Shown piece after piece: positions 11,245 through 20,558 of a stretch of 64,000 nt of DNA. The notes beneath the pieces are model-generated. The model saw only the letters and a program-made list of their open reading frames with translations. It made no database searches and was not told where the DNA came from. The position numbers and the translations under genes were made by a program. Position 1 is the first letter of the stretch. The number at the start of each line of letters is the position of its first letter. Source of the DNA: a virus; the IMG/VR virus record IMGVR_UViG_3300044606_000144, positions 112,306-176,305 of that record, one strand, 5' to 3'.

Positions 11245-11622
11245 AGAGAAATTATACTATAGAATTTTTGTTTTGTAAATCAGCCAATATTTTCAGTTGA
11301 TGGCACGCTTCGTCAATTAAGCTAGCTAAAACATGATCTCCCCATCCTGGAATCTCAACTTCATTACCTATGAAAAAGAATATATACTTCAGAATAACTA
11401 TCTTTGGCTGACGAAGACTGATAAGGTATAAAACCCATATCCATAACTTGCAAACATTCCTTATAAAATGCATCCCATCTATCAATACCTAAAACAACAA
11501 TTGCATTATTTTTACCCATATAAATCTTAGCTTCAGATGGATGTGGGATTAAAATTATGCTACACACAATTAGAAACAATAAACCGAAAATTTTCCTCAT
11601 AATATCCATCCCCTTTTTAGTT

Positions 11623-11654
11623 AAAAGGGGGGATACCTATTTGATATCCCCCTT
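11623..11654 (-). terminator. intrinsic terminator after Ro60
   Basis: AAGGGGGATA..TATCCCCCCTTTT hairpin plus U tract. Confidence 0.7.
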
Positions 11655-11715
11655 CGAAAAGTCGGCGCTAAGTTCTCGCGTCGACCTATGTCGCTGTGCC
11701 GTTGGCACCCGATTC

Positions 11716-13371
11716 TTATAGATTGCCTAGACTAAACTCACGAATAACCTGTGGTACACCTGAATCAAATCCACAAACATCAAGCATCCCAGGATCCTTT
11801 GGATCCGCAATGGTAAAGTCTGTTGCAGTACTTGCACAAACAATCAGCTTTGCATTAATGCCCATCTCGTCACGATACTTACGAAGTGCCTGATCTGGGT
11901 GAATATTTCCAGCCCAGGTTTCATTATCTGTCCATACACTAAAAACATCAACTGGAATCTTGTGCTTTAGTGCATAAACCATTGGTAGGGCGCAGTCCGT
12001 TCCACCACCATTGATGTTTGAAATGTTTTTTAGAACTGAGCTTAGAGCCATTTTTGCATTGATTCCGACATCAAAAATACCTTCTCCAGGACAATTAAAT
12101 CTTGAGTTGAAACCTGGACTACCAAATCCCATCACATGATACTGAGATTCAGATCGCATTAGAGACATGACCATTGCCGCATTGACCATAGCTGGTGTTA
12201 GGAACTCATATCCAGTAACACCTCTACCAGTCATTGAACCTGAAACATCTAGTCCGATGAAATGACGCTTTCCAGTTGACTCGACATTCTTAAAAGATAG
12301 ATAGAAAGCATCCTCAAGAGCTGAAACAATTGCTGGGACAACGTTCCAACTATTGGAACCACGATATCCACATCCATTTTCATATACTACCTTAGCTGCA
12401 AGCACATTAACTGGATGAATTCTTGCCTTACGAATAACTTCTTCGTTCTGCAGCATGTCACATACCTTCTTTGTTGCAGCAGACAGTGGAGCTAGAAGTC
12501 CGATCGCAGACATTTTTCCAAGGTTACGGATCATTGCTGTCATTGGCATGCCCATGTTTAGAAGAGTATCCCAAACCTTGACATTATTCAGCATTGTTGT
12601 TGGTACAACTTCACGTGGGAAGTTATACTTCTTAATCATGTCAATAGCTACATCGACATCATCCTTAACGATTGATGCAAAGTTCGAACCAATAATATAA
12701 CGATTCATATCTCTCATGCACACATATGGCTCGAGAACTGCTGCCTCATCAAACCCCTTGAATAGGGTCTTGAAAATATATTCATGTTCACGTGTCTGTG
12801 GCTTTGGATGAGCCATGGCAAGAACATCCTTATGGGTCCAGCCCTCACGATTCTTATACTTAATTAGCTGATAAATCAGAGAACTAGCATCCTTCTCAGT
12901 ATACCACTTTCCAACAGCTCGACGCAGTCCACGACCCCAACCACGCATCTTGTTAGCATCCTCAACAAACTGAAATAGGTGTGTTGCAGTGCGAGCAACC
13001 TTGTCGAGCTTTGACAGAGCATAACTCTTGCTAGATTCATTACCAAAAGAAGCTACCATTGCAAGAACAAAAATTGCAGTGTTGTTCTTAGCTGCTCTTC
13101 CAGCATCGCTAATTTCCACAACCTTGTCTACTACTCGATGACCATCCTTCTTGATTAGATCCAGGACGTTCTGAGCATTCTTAAGGGTTAGACTTTCCTT
13201 CGTAGAGTAGTATGTGTTATTCTCACAACCGATGATTAGGAAACGATCCAGGACCTTCCACTCATCAAGCTGATATACATATCCACCTGCATTATTCTTG
13301 ACCTGATCCTTATTGAACTGCGCTTCAGACTGCTTTGTATCTCCAAATACAACATTTGCATACTTACTCAT
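11716..13371 (-). CDS. rsr: Ro60/TROVE-domain RNA-binding protein with vWA domain
   Basis: NNAGGY, RFLIIG, GWGRGLRR, KY.NREGW.H.D, LDVSGSM MIDAS, GGTDC, TDNETW; GAGGAGG SD before ATG 13371. Confidence 0.95.
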   Translation of the reverse strand: MSKYANVVFGDTKQSEAQFNKDQVKNNAGGYVYQLDEWKVLDRFLIIGCENNTYYSTKESLTLKNAQNVLDLIKKDGHRVVDKVVEISDAGRAAKNNTAIFVLAMVASFGNESSKSYALSKLDKVARTATHLFQFVEDANKMRGWGRGLRRAVGKWYTEKDASSLIYQLIKYKNREGWTHKDVLAMAHPKPQTREHEYIFKTLFKGFDEAAVLEPYVCMRDMNRYIIGSNFASIVKDDVDVAIDMIKKYNFPREVVPTTMLNNVKVWDTLLNMGMPMTAMIRNLGKMSAIGLLAPLSAATKKVCDMLQNEEVIRKARIHPVNVLAAKVVYENGCGYRGSNSWNVVPAIVSALEDAFYLSFKNVESTGKRHFIGLDVSGSMTGRGVTGYEFLTPAMVNAAMVMSLMRSESQYHVMGFGSPGFNSRFNCPGEGIFDVGINAKMALSSVLKNISNINGGGTDCALPMVYALKHKIPVDVFSVWTDNETWAGNIHPDQALRKYRDEMGINAKLIVCASTATDFTIADPKDPGMLDVCGFDSGVPQVIREFSLGNL

Positions 13372-13536
13372 TACTATCATCCTCCTCAAATTTTTGTTAT
13401 AAAAAATGGTAGATAAACTTATCTTTAGTCTATCTACCCTTAAAATCAAACAACCAATATTTGTTCCTAATATCTAGCCTAGCTAGTCATGCTCCGGTTC
13501 CCCAGCATGCTTAATGATATTGGTTGTATTTAATTA

Positions 13537-13617
13537 AATGGATAAAAAGTTAAATAGGTTTGAATTAATGAATTTCATTTGAAAGAAATATTAGATAACC
13601 TATTTAGGCGACCCATT
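13537..13617 (-). ncRNA. Y-RNA-like hairpin 1
   Basis: UGGGUCG...UUAUCCA terminal helix with bulged C; inner stem TAAATAGGTT/AACCTATTTA followed by ATC; adjacent to rsr. Confidence 0.75.
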
Positions 13618-13633
13618 ATATTGAATTATCAAA

Positions 13634-13761
13634 AGCTTTAGGATAATTTGTGAGATTGGAAAAACCAGCTTTCGCTGGGACTATGGACTTGAACCATATT
13701 TGTAATCTGATCATTAGGCAAATTATTTTAACCGATAACCAATCTCGATCGACCCTAAGCT
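13634..13761 (-). ncRNA. Y-RNA-like hairpin 2
   Basis: UAGGGUCG...UUAUCCUA ends; inner GAGATTGG/CCAATCTC; GGTTATC motif. Confidence 0.75.
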
Positions 13762-13781
13762 AATATATTTGCAATTTAATA

Positions 13782-13891
13782 TCCGGATAATTGGGTGTCT
13801 TGGGATGGCCTATCCAGTACCATGGTCTTGCAATGAGTATGATAATTAGTCATATTTATAATATAAGATAACCCAAAACATTCGACCCGGA
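13782..13891 (-). ncRNA. Y-RNA-like hairpin 3
   Basis: CCGGGUCG...UUAUCCGG ends; inner TGTTTTGGG/CCCAAGACA; GGTTATC motif. Confidence 0.75.
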
Positions 13892-13966
13892 AAGGTTAAT
13901 AAACTGAGGCTGCAAATAATTGCATCCTCTGATCTTTTTCTACACGTGGTAGATAAGGCTGATAAT

Positions 13967-14039
13967 TGTGGATAATAATCGATTTGGGATATGTTTTCAC
14001 AATCAGTTTTGTAAGATAACCCAGAATCTACGACCCACA
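13967..14039 (-). ncRNA. Y-RNA-like hairpin 4
   Basis: GUGGGUCG...UUAUCCAC ends; inner GATTCTGGG/CCCAAATC; GGTTATC motif. Confidence 0.75.
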
Positions 14040-14046
14040 TTAAATT

Positions 14047-14198
14047 CGGTGGTGATAACAGGATTCGAACCCGCACCTGACCTCTGGTAGAGGTCTATTC
14101 TACCCTAGACATTTAAAATATATCTCCACATCAACTTTAACTTACTGATTTTTTCTAAAATAGGTATCTCAGTTCCATCTTTATCTTCTTCATCACCA
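14047..14198 (-). ncRNA. tRNA-like RNA (anticodon position ACC) with about 80 nt in place of the D arm
   Basis: GACCT-CTACCAG-AGGTC arm, GCGGG-TTCGAAT-CCTGT T arm, GGTGATG/TATCACC acceptor. Confidence 0.45.
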
Positions 14199-14596
14199 TT
14201 AGGTGGGTAGTAGGTACCGCCCCTACGTTGGGTCTAATCCCCTGCAAACCTATGCTGGTAGCGAACCAGACAATATGGCGCATGTTCCTGCTTTTGAACT
14301 TATACCGAAGAAGTCTTTCAACCCGAACCTATGCTTTAGGGTAGATGGACGCTGATCATGCTTTTCTCATCACCGTAGAGTTAGGCTCTCTTATAGGTGA
14401 TAGATAGGTAATGTACGGCCGCCTACAGCACTGAGATACTTTATTTGATTTTCAATAAACAGTAACGCTGGTTTTGAAAACGGGGAAACCAGCAAAACCC
14501 ATATCAAATTGTCGAATAAAAATAGAAAACGATGTTTTAGCGCTTTTCCATTAAGCTTCAGTCCCCGTATAATTGTTGGGGACGGTGGGACTCGAA

Positions 14597-15304
14597 AGTT
14601 CCTAATTTTAAACTTAATAACAGAGGTGATCCATTAATGTTAAATGAACAATTTCTTTTTACAGAAGAAGAATTAAAAAAAGCTAAATCACGAGATTTGT
14701 TACCATGTAAATGCAACTTTTGTCAAAAAATATTTTATAGAACAAAAAGTCATATAATAAAAAATATTGAAGGTAAACATAGTATTTTTTGTTCTAATAA
14801 ATGTAATCCATACGGACCTAAGGGTATACATATCATGAATTGTGAACAGTGTGGCAAAGAAATAATAAAAACTAATAATCAGTTTAAAAGAGTTGAACAT
14901 CATTTCTGTTCACAATCCTGTGCTGCTAAATATTATAATACTCATAAGACTGCTGGTTATCGAAGATCCAAACTGGAAATTTATCTTGAAGCTAAACTAA
15001 CTGAATTATTTCCGGATCTCGAGATTCTTTATAATGACCGCAACACTTTAGGTAATGGTTTAGAACTAGATATTTATATTCCTTCATTAAAATTAGCTTT
15101 CGAACTAAATGGACCTTTCCATTACATTCCCGCTTTTGGACAAGAAAAATTAGAAAAAATACAAGATAATGATTCGCTGAAATTACAAAATTGTCAGAAA
15201 CTTGGTATCGGTGTTTGTGTTATCGATGTATCTAAAGAAAAAGGTTTTACCGAAAAACAGGGTCAAAAATTTCTAGACATAATTAAAAAATTCTTAATTT
15301 AGAT
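14597..15304 (+). mobile_element. T-loop-inserted endonuclease element, copy 1
   Basis: begins right after CTCGAA (reverse of TTCGAG) and ends where the host RNA resumes. Confidence 0.75.
14637..15302 (+). CDS. Zn-finger + PD-(D/E)XK (Vsr/DUF559-like) putative homing endonuclease, family A
   Basis: two CxxC..FCSxxC units; RRSKLE; ELDIYIP..AFELNG.FHY; five paralogs in the window. Confidence 0.8.
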   Translation: MLNEQFLFTEEELKKAKSRDLLPCKCNFCQKIFYRTKSHIIKNIEGKHSIFCSNKCNPYGPKGIHIMNCEQCGKEIIKTNNQFKRVEHHFCSQSCAAKYYNTHKTAGYRRSKLEIYLEAKLTELFPDLEILYNDRNTLGNGLELDIYIPSLKLAFELNGPFHYIPAFGQEKLEKIQDNDSLKLQNCQKLGIGVCVIDVSKEKGFTEKQGQKFLDIIKKFLI

Positions 15305-15379
15305 ACAACCTCTCGATCCATATTCGATAACCATTTTCAAGCGGCTCGACAAACATTAACTTGCTAACTGAATAAAGAT

Positions 15380-15408
15380 ATTATATACTGTTATTTATTT
15401 GTTGTATA
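15380..15408 (-). promoter_or_regulatory. promoter upstream of the Y RNA/Ro60 locus
   Basis: TATACA-17bp-TATAAT about 30 nt before the YrlA-like 5' end. Confidence 0.6.
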
Positions 15409-15421
15409 TAGGTCTCAGGCA

Positions 15422-15847
15422 CTATTTCATAAATTTATCCGAATCCCAAATATTATAATTTAAAAATTTCTTCTCATTTTCCAAACTAGGATTGCCGGCC
15501 GCCCATCCGGATTTCCTAGCTTTTTGCTTCAAATATATCTCATATAACTTATATAATGGTCCAGTTATTGTAAGATATGGTTCTCCTGAATCGTCTTTTT
15601 TTGTATTAACTTTTAGACCCAAGTTTTCTGCATCAGATTTAATTAATTCTAAGTCTTTTAACCAATCACAATCATCTTCTGATGAAGAATAATAAGTACC
15701 TTTAGTAATTATATATGGATCTTTAACTAACTGCATTTTATTAGTAATATGACTATGTATAGAATATAGTTCATTGAATTCATTTTCATCTATTGAAGCT
15801 AATATCCGATGCATATCACTCGGTTTAATTTTTGACATATTTATCAC
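15422..15847 (-). CDS. hypothetical protein (PSDM motif)
   Basis: N-terminal IKPSDMHRIL. Confidence 0.65.
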   Translation of the reverse strand: MINMSKIKPSDMHRILASIDENEFNELYSIHSHITNKMQLVKDPYIITKGTYYSSSEDDCDWLKDLELIKSDAENLGLKVNTKKDDSGEPYLTITGPLYKLYEIYLKQKARKSGWAAGNPSLENEKKFLNYNIWDSDKFMK

Positions 15848-15940
15848 TCAGCTTAGTCTTGTATAGGAAGATCTTCAATCACTCTTCTTATTCTAGTGTA
15901 TGCTTCTTCTATTGCATCATGCATTTCATCTTCGTCAGTT

Positions 15941-16816
15941 TTACTTATTCAAAATCGATTTAATCTTTGAATCTACATAGTCAATTGCTGATTCGGTTAT
16001 ACGCTCTAATTCCATTTCATCGAATCCTTCTTCAATTTTTTCTTGTTTCCAATTTTCAAGTATATCATCAATGTCATCAGCAGCCATTTCAATTATGTAT
16101 GTATATGCATCTTTTACAACTTCTACAACCATTTCGAAAATTATATCTTCAGAATCATTTAGCTCTTTTTCACTCTTAGTTTCTTCAATCTCTTCATCAT
16201 CATATGGTTCCAAATCTTCATCATTGAATTCAATATCTTCTTCAGGATCATATTCAGATTTAGACAACAGACTACCTCTGTTAATCTTAGTTGAAGCTTC
16301 TAGGTCCGCGGGACCGAATGTTTTAAGACATTGTTCACATCTTAAAATATCTTCTGCGCCATTTGTTAATTCCAATTCATCTCCAGATAAAGCACATAGA
16401 GGTGCTGAAAAATCACCGTCAATAAAAAATTGACAACTTGGTGAACAATACTCTCCGTCTAATTTAATTGTAACATTAATATTTTTAGAAATATTCTTTT
16501 CTTCAGTTGTTGAATCTTCTTCACCAAAAGTTTTAAGGCATTGTTTGCATCTTAATAACTCAGAAATTGCATCATTAGATAATTGTTGTTCTTTACTAAA
16601 TAGACTACACCAAGGTCCATTAAGGTCAAAAAACTGACAACTACCTGAGCAATATTTTCCTTCTGTTGTTATTGTAACATTAATGTTTTTAGAAATATGG
16701 TTCAATCCATCGTATTCATATACTTTTGGCATTACTTCAGATATTAATGCATCCATATCTGATGGTTTTATAGATTCTTTTATGGCTTTAGATTTAATAG
16801 CTTTTTCATTATTCAA
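15941..16816 (-). CDS. hypothetical protein with two Cys-rich repeats and an acidic tail (PSDM motif)
   Basis: ISKNINVTI..YCS.SCQFF..C.L..LRC.QCLKTFG occurs twice. Confidence 0.7.
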   Translation of the reverse strand: MNNEKAIKSKAIKESIKPSDMDALISEVMPKVYEYDGLNHISKNINVTITTEGKYCSGSCQFFDLNGPWCSLFSKEQQLSNDAISELLRCKQCLKTFGEEDSTTEEKNISKNINVTIKLDGEYCSPSCQFFIDGDFSAPLCALSGDELELTNGAEDILRCEQCLKTFGPADLEASTKINRGSLLSKSEYDPEEDIEFNDEDLEPYDDEEIEETKSEKELNDSEDIIFEMVVEVVKDAYTYIIEMAADDIDDILENWKQEKIEEGFDEMELERITESAIDYVDSKIKSILNK

Positions 16817-16885
16817 TTTACAGTCCCCCTAATAAAATAATATGCTCGGTATTAATTATAATGAATATATTCATAACAGTTCTAC

Positions 16886-17344
16886 TTACCAATTCATTTG
16901 ATTAACTGTATTTAATAATAAACCTTTAAATTCATCTGAATAACCAAACCTGCTTTGATTCAATTCAATTGACTTTCTTATATCTCCATCCTTATATCTA
17001 AGGGTAGCGGCTTTCCAATCACAAAGCATTTCTACTATTTCAAGTAAAGACATATCCTGGAAGCCATTAGGATGATGTTCAGGATGATGATCATTGCACT
17101 TGTAATGGTGTTCTAGTGCAGGTTCTAAAGCTTTAAGATAATTTTTATATTCTTCACTGCCATATGTTGTATTTGCTAACTTGGGAGTGTATTCATCAAA
17201 ATAAGGTGCTTCATCTGGTCCTAACTTAGTTGCATCATGATTATTTGCTCTGCTAATTAATGATACAATACATTGTGAAACTAGTTTATTAACTTCTAAT
17301 ATATGTTTGCGAGTTTCATTTTTACTCGCTGCAAATTCTTCCAA
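16886..17344 (-). CDS. HD-like phage protein (DUF5662-like)
   Basis: HDATK, HHY..NDHHPEH, EMLCDW. Confidence 0.75.
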   Translation of the reverse strand: MEEFAASKNETRKHILEVNKLVSQCIVSLISRANNHDATKLGPDEAPYFDEYTPKLANTTYGSEEYKNYLKALEPALEHHYKCNDHHPEHHPNGFQDMSLLEIVEMLCDWKAATLRYKDGDIRKSIELNQSRFGYSDEFKGLLLNTVNQMNW

Positions 17345-17373
17345 TATACTAACACCTCAAACATGCTTTGTTA

Positions 17374-17396
17374 TGGAGCGGGTAACGAGAGTCGAA
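17374..17396 (-). pseudogene. orphan tRNA 3' fragment (Gly-like)
   Basis: TTCGACTCTCGTTACCCGCTCCA abutting element copy 2. Confidence 0.7.
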
Positions 17397-17437
17397 AGAT
17401 CATAAATTTAAACTTAATAATAAAGGGGGCCGCTCCA

Positions 17438-18103
17438 TTGAAAAATAATACTTTTCTTTTTACTGATGAAGAATTAAAAAACGCTAAATCTAGAGATTTA
17501 CTGCCCTGTAAATGTAACTTTTGTCAAAAAATATTTTATAGAACAAAAAATAATATATTAAGAGTTATAAAAAATGATATGCAAATATATTGTTCTAACA
17601 TATGTTTTTCTAAAAAGAATGAGATTAAACAAATTTTGATATGTGAACAATGTGGTAAAGAAATAATAAAAACTGAATCTTGGTCTAAAAGATCTAAACA
17701 CCATTTCTGCTCTAAATCTTGTGCCGCTAAGTATCATAATGCTCATAAAACCACTGGTTTTAGAAGATCTAAACTTGAAATATATTTAGAAAATAAATTA
17801 ACTGAAATATATCCGGATCTAGAAATTCTTTATAATGACCGAAAGACTTTAGGTTCTGGATTGGAACTGGATATTTATATTCCTTCAATGAAAATAGCTT
17901 TCGAATTAAACGGACCAATTCATTATATTCCGATTTTTGGTCAAGAAAGGCTAGAAAGAACTCAAAACTCTGATTATCAAAAACTTCAAAAATGCCAGGA
18001 ACTTGGTATCGGTGTCTATGTCTTAGATGTATCAAAAGAAAAAAGATTTACTGAAAAACGTGGTCAAAAATTTCTAGATATAATTAAACAAGTCTTAATT
18101 TAG
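17438..18103 (+). CDS. family A putative homing endonuclease, copy 2
   Basis: paralog of 14637..15302; TTG start after AAGGGGG. Confidence 0.8.
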   Translation: MKNNTFLFTDEELKNAKSRDLLPCKCNFCQKIFYRTKNNILRVIKNDMQIYCSNICFSKKNEIKQILICEQCGKEIIKTESWSKRSKHHFCSKSCAAKYHNAHKTTGFRRSKLEIYLENKLTEIYPDLEILYNDRKTLGSGLELDIYIPSMKIAFELNGPIHYIPIFGQERLERTQNSDYQKLQKCQELGIGVYVLDVSKEKRFTEKRGQKFLDIIKQVLI

Positions 18104-18152
18104 GTAGGGGGAGTAGGGAATCGAACCCTAAGTAGCATTACCATACTCCCCC
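18102..18152 (-). ncRNA. mini-tRNA (acceptor stem + T arm only)
   Basis: GGGGGAG/CTCCCCC acceptor, TAGGG-TTCGATT-CCCTA T arm, 15-nt linker. Confidence 0.6.
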
Positions 18153-18228
18153 GGGGTGTACGACGAGCTCCGACCTCGCATCCTCCAGGTTCACAGCCTG
18201 GCGCTTTCCCAGTTAAGCTACGCACACC
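18153..18228 (-). tRNA. tRNA-His(GTG)
   Basis: CCAGG-CTGTGAA-CCTGG arm, G-1/C73, atypical T-loop GTCGGAG. Confidence 0.88.
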
Positions 18229-18243
18229 AATTAATCTATTAAT

Positions 18244-18522
18244 TTAATGAGTACTATCAAATTTTGTCATATAAGCTAATAATCTAACAAATTCATTCGC
18301 TGCGTTTTCATTTTTGAATGTAGCTAATTCAACAACGTGTGGTCCGTCTTCATCTACATCATAATCTTCGTATTTCAATGTTATATTAGATTTATTCTTA
18401 TATATGAACAATCGATTATAACTGTTTTCCTCAACTTCAAAATCTGCGATAATATAAGATGAATTTGAATTGTCCATAATATTATCCAGATCTGATGGAG
18501 TAACTTCTTTTTTTGTACGCAT
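18244..18522 (-). CDS. hypothetical protein (PSDL motif)
   Basis: VTPSDLDNIM near the N-terminus. Confidence 0.6.
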   Translation of the reverse strand: MRTKKEVTPSDLDNIMDNSNSSYIIADFEVEENSYNRLFIYKNKSNITLKYEDYDVDEDGPHVVELATFKNENAANEFVRLLAYMTKFDSTH

Positions 18523-18526
18523 AGCA

Positions 18527-18784
18527 TTAAACCTCTCTTGCTATAATTTCAAACTCCCATGGGCCTCGAACTTCTTTTCCGGATTCAGTATATAGAGTAT
18601 CAACTGTAATCTTTATTCTTTGTCCAGATGGAGTTCTTTCAACCTTAGTAATTTCATCTTGTTCGCGAAGAACATCTTCTAGATAGAAGAGAATCATTTC
18701 AGACAAAGTTGACGAATTGACTTCATCGACAATTGGTTGCTGTTCCAGAATATTATCCATATCAGAAGGTTTAATCAACAACAA
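18527..18784 (-). CDS. hypothetical protein (PSDM motif)
   Basis: IKPSDMDNIL near the N-terminus. Confidence 0.6.
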   Translation of the reverse strand: MLLIKPSDMDNILEQQPIVDEVNSSTLSEMILFYLEDVLREQDEITKVERTPSGQRIKITVDTLYTESGKEVRGPWEFEIIAREV

Positions 18785-19074
18785 TCACTATCCTAACAAT
18801 TAAATTTAACAACTACAATTAATTTTAGTTTTAAATTGATTATTGTAGTTTGCCATCAATCAGATTATCGATTTTTCCACCATGATTGACATAATTTTCA
18901 AAGTCAGATTTCACTTCTTCCATCGCTAATCTACGAACTTCACTTTTTGATAGAATAACATTACCGGCATTATCCTTAAGTGCCTGAGGATTAAATACTA
19001 GATTTAGACTCGTCATCATTTCTCGAATAAACTTACGATCCTTCATTTCAATATCTCTCCTTTATTAATTTAAT

Positions 19075-19878
19075 TTAAAATGTAAATGTATCGTAATATC
19101 CATGTGTAACTAGATAATTATCGATAAACTCAATAGCTTCCTGAAAATCATATTCTTTAACTGCAAGATCAGTATCTTTTAACATAGTATCAGTCAATTC
19201 TTTGAATACCAGGGTATCGATTCCGAGCATGTTTTCTCTTAGATCAGCATAATTTTGAATGTTAACACTATTGCACTTAAGGACTAACTTTAACATTTCT
19301 AGTCCAGAAATATCATATCCTCTTGACATATATTTTTTCATACGAATGATTGATGCAAAAGGATATTGACTATTGACATTATATACTAATCTCCTTTGAC
19401 TATTATGCATTAGAAATCTATCGTTGAGAATGAAAATTGGATCCTTGCATTTTTCAAGATTATATTGTGTTGGGCAAAATGCACCCATACAACAAGTAAA
19501 ATCAAATTTGCTTAAAATCTTTTCAATATGCATTCCAGCATAAAGACTAATTAATTGTATATGGATTCCATCAATCTCATAACTTAAAGCAAAATCAGTC
19601 TCAAATATTGGGCGAGCTAGTTGATTTAACTTTTTTCGTGTAAAGTCTAAATCTGTATGATATGGTTCAATTTCAAGATCTTTCACCGGTGAAAAACTTG
19701 GAAAATATATATCATAATCATTGATCTTATTTCCAGTGAATACACTTGTTATAGCACCACCAGCAATATAACATTTGCTATGTGTTAGAATATCAAAAAC
19801 ATCTGGACTTTTGTTTTTTAAGTTGCCTAGAAGTATTGTGGCTTCACGACTAGCTTCATGCTCATCAAAATTAAACAT
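19075..19878 (-). CDS. Pol-beta-superfamily nucleotidyltransferase (CCA/polyA-polymerase head-like)
   Basis: IAGGAITS..INDYDIYF, FDFT.C, R..KY..RGY. Confidence 0.75.
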   Translation of the reverse strand: MFNFDEHEASREATILLGNLKNKSPDVFDILTHSKCYIAGGAITSVFTGNKINDYDIYFPSFSPVKDLEIEPYHTDLDFTRKKLNQLARPIFETDFALSYEIDGIHIQLISLYAGMHIEKILSKFDFTCCMGAFCPTQYNLEKCKDPIFILNDRFLMHNSQRRLVYNVNSQYPFASIIRMKKYMSRGYDISGLEMLKLVLKCNSVNIQNYADLRENMLGIDTLVFKELTDTMLKDTDLAVKEYDFQEAIEFIDNYLVTHGYYDTFTF

Positions 19879-19881
19879 AAA

Positions 19882-20223
19882 TTATTCCCCTACCTTATGT
19901 ACATTATATGATGCTATAGCGAAAGTTATCGGGCTACTTTTTTGAACAAATTTTGTTGCTTTTGGAGTATAACGAATATGAATATTCTTCCTTGCGAATT
20001 TGACGACTGTAAACTTCTTGTTACGATAGATTTCAGCATTCTTAGAAAGCTTAACATCACTATTGATCATAACAGTGTCTCCGACTTGAAGATCACCCAT
20101 TGCAGTTTTTGCTTTCTGCATTTTACGGTTTTTAAGGATCTCAACAATCATTTTGTTGATGTCACGCAACTCTTCGTCTGACATTGCTTCAAGATCATTA
20201 TCCCATTTCGTATAATCAAACAT
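19882..20223 (-). CDS. hypothetical early protein
   Basis: ORF with GGAGGT SD directly behind a promoter. Confidence 0.65.
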   Translation of the reverse strand: MFDYTKWDNDLEAMSDEELRDINKMIVEILKNRKMQKAKTAMGDLQVGDTVMINSDVKLSKNAEIYRNKKFTVVKFARKNIHIRYTPKATKFVQKSSPITFAIASYNVHKVGE

Positions 20224-20259
20224 TCACTTTACCTCCATATGTAATATCAATACAGAAGT

Positions 20260-20288
20260 ATTATACCATAATTCTAGGATTATGTAAA
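20260..20288 (-). promoter_or_regulatory. early promoter
   Basis: TTTACA-17bp-TGGTATAAT. Confidence 0.75.
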
Positions 20289-20405
20289 TATGCAAAATAA
20301 AAGACCAGAACTCAATTTGCTCAAAGACTTTTATTTAGGGACGGTCCACCAGGATTGAGCGGTATACCAACCACAAAATTGAATTCTGATCTCTATATTA
20401 AATAT

Positions 20406-20482
20406 TGGTGCCACCAGGTGGTTCCGACCCACCGACCTCTGCCTCTTCAGGGCAGCGCTTCTACCAACTGAGCTATAGTGGC
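20406..20482 (-). tRNA. tRNA-Phe(GAA)
   Basis: CTGCC-CTGAAGA-GGCAG arm; T-loop GTCGGAA; CCA. Confidence 0.88.
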
Positions 20483-20484
20483 AA

Positions 20485-20558
20485 TGGTGGGCGCTGTTGG
20501 TGTCGAACCAACGACAATTGGGTGTAGACCAATTATTTTTCCGTTAAACTAAGCACCC
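20485..20558 (-). tRNA. tRNA-Val(TAC), C33
   Basis: ATTGG-TCTACAC-CCAAT arm; CCA. Confidence 0.8.

Larger units (their letters stand above)
14509..15352 (-). ncRNA. YrlA-like Y RNA with permuted tRNA-like domain, interrupted by an endonuclease element
   Basis: TTGTCGAG/TTCGACAA ends, GAAAATGG/TCGTTTTC stem, GGTTATC; order is T arm, acceptor closed by a loop (GTCCCC/GGGGAC), then D arm GCTTAATGGAAAAGC. Confidence 0.75.

Noticed and set aside
13537..14039. CRISPR array interpretation of the repeats before Ro60
   Set aside because: The units are self-complementary hairpins with only short shared motifs and unequal lengths; there are no identical direct repeats and no cas genes.
14047..14440. 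tmRNA (standard or permuted)
   Set aside because: No G3:U70 acceptor pair and no convincing tag reading frame could be identified by eye; left as unknown ncRNA.
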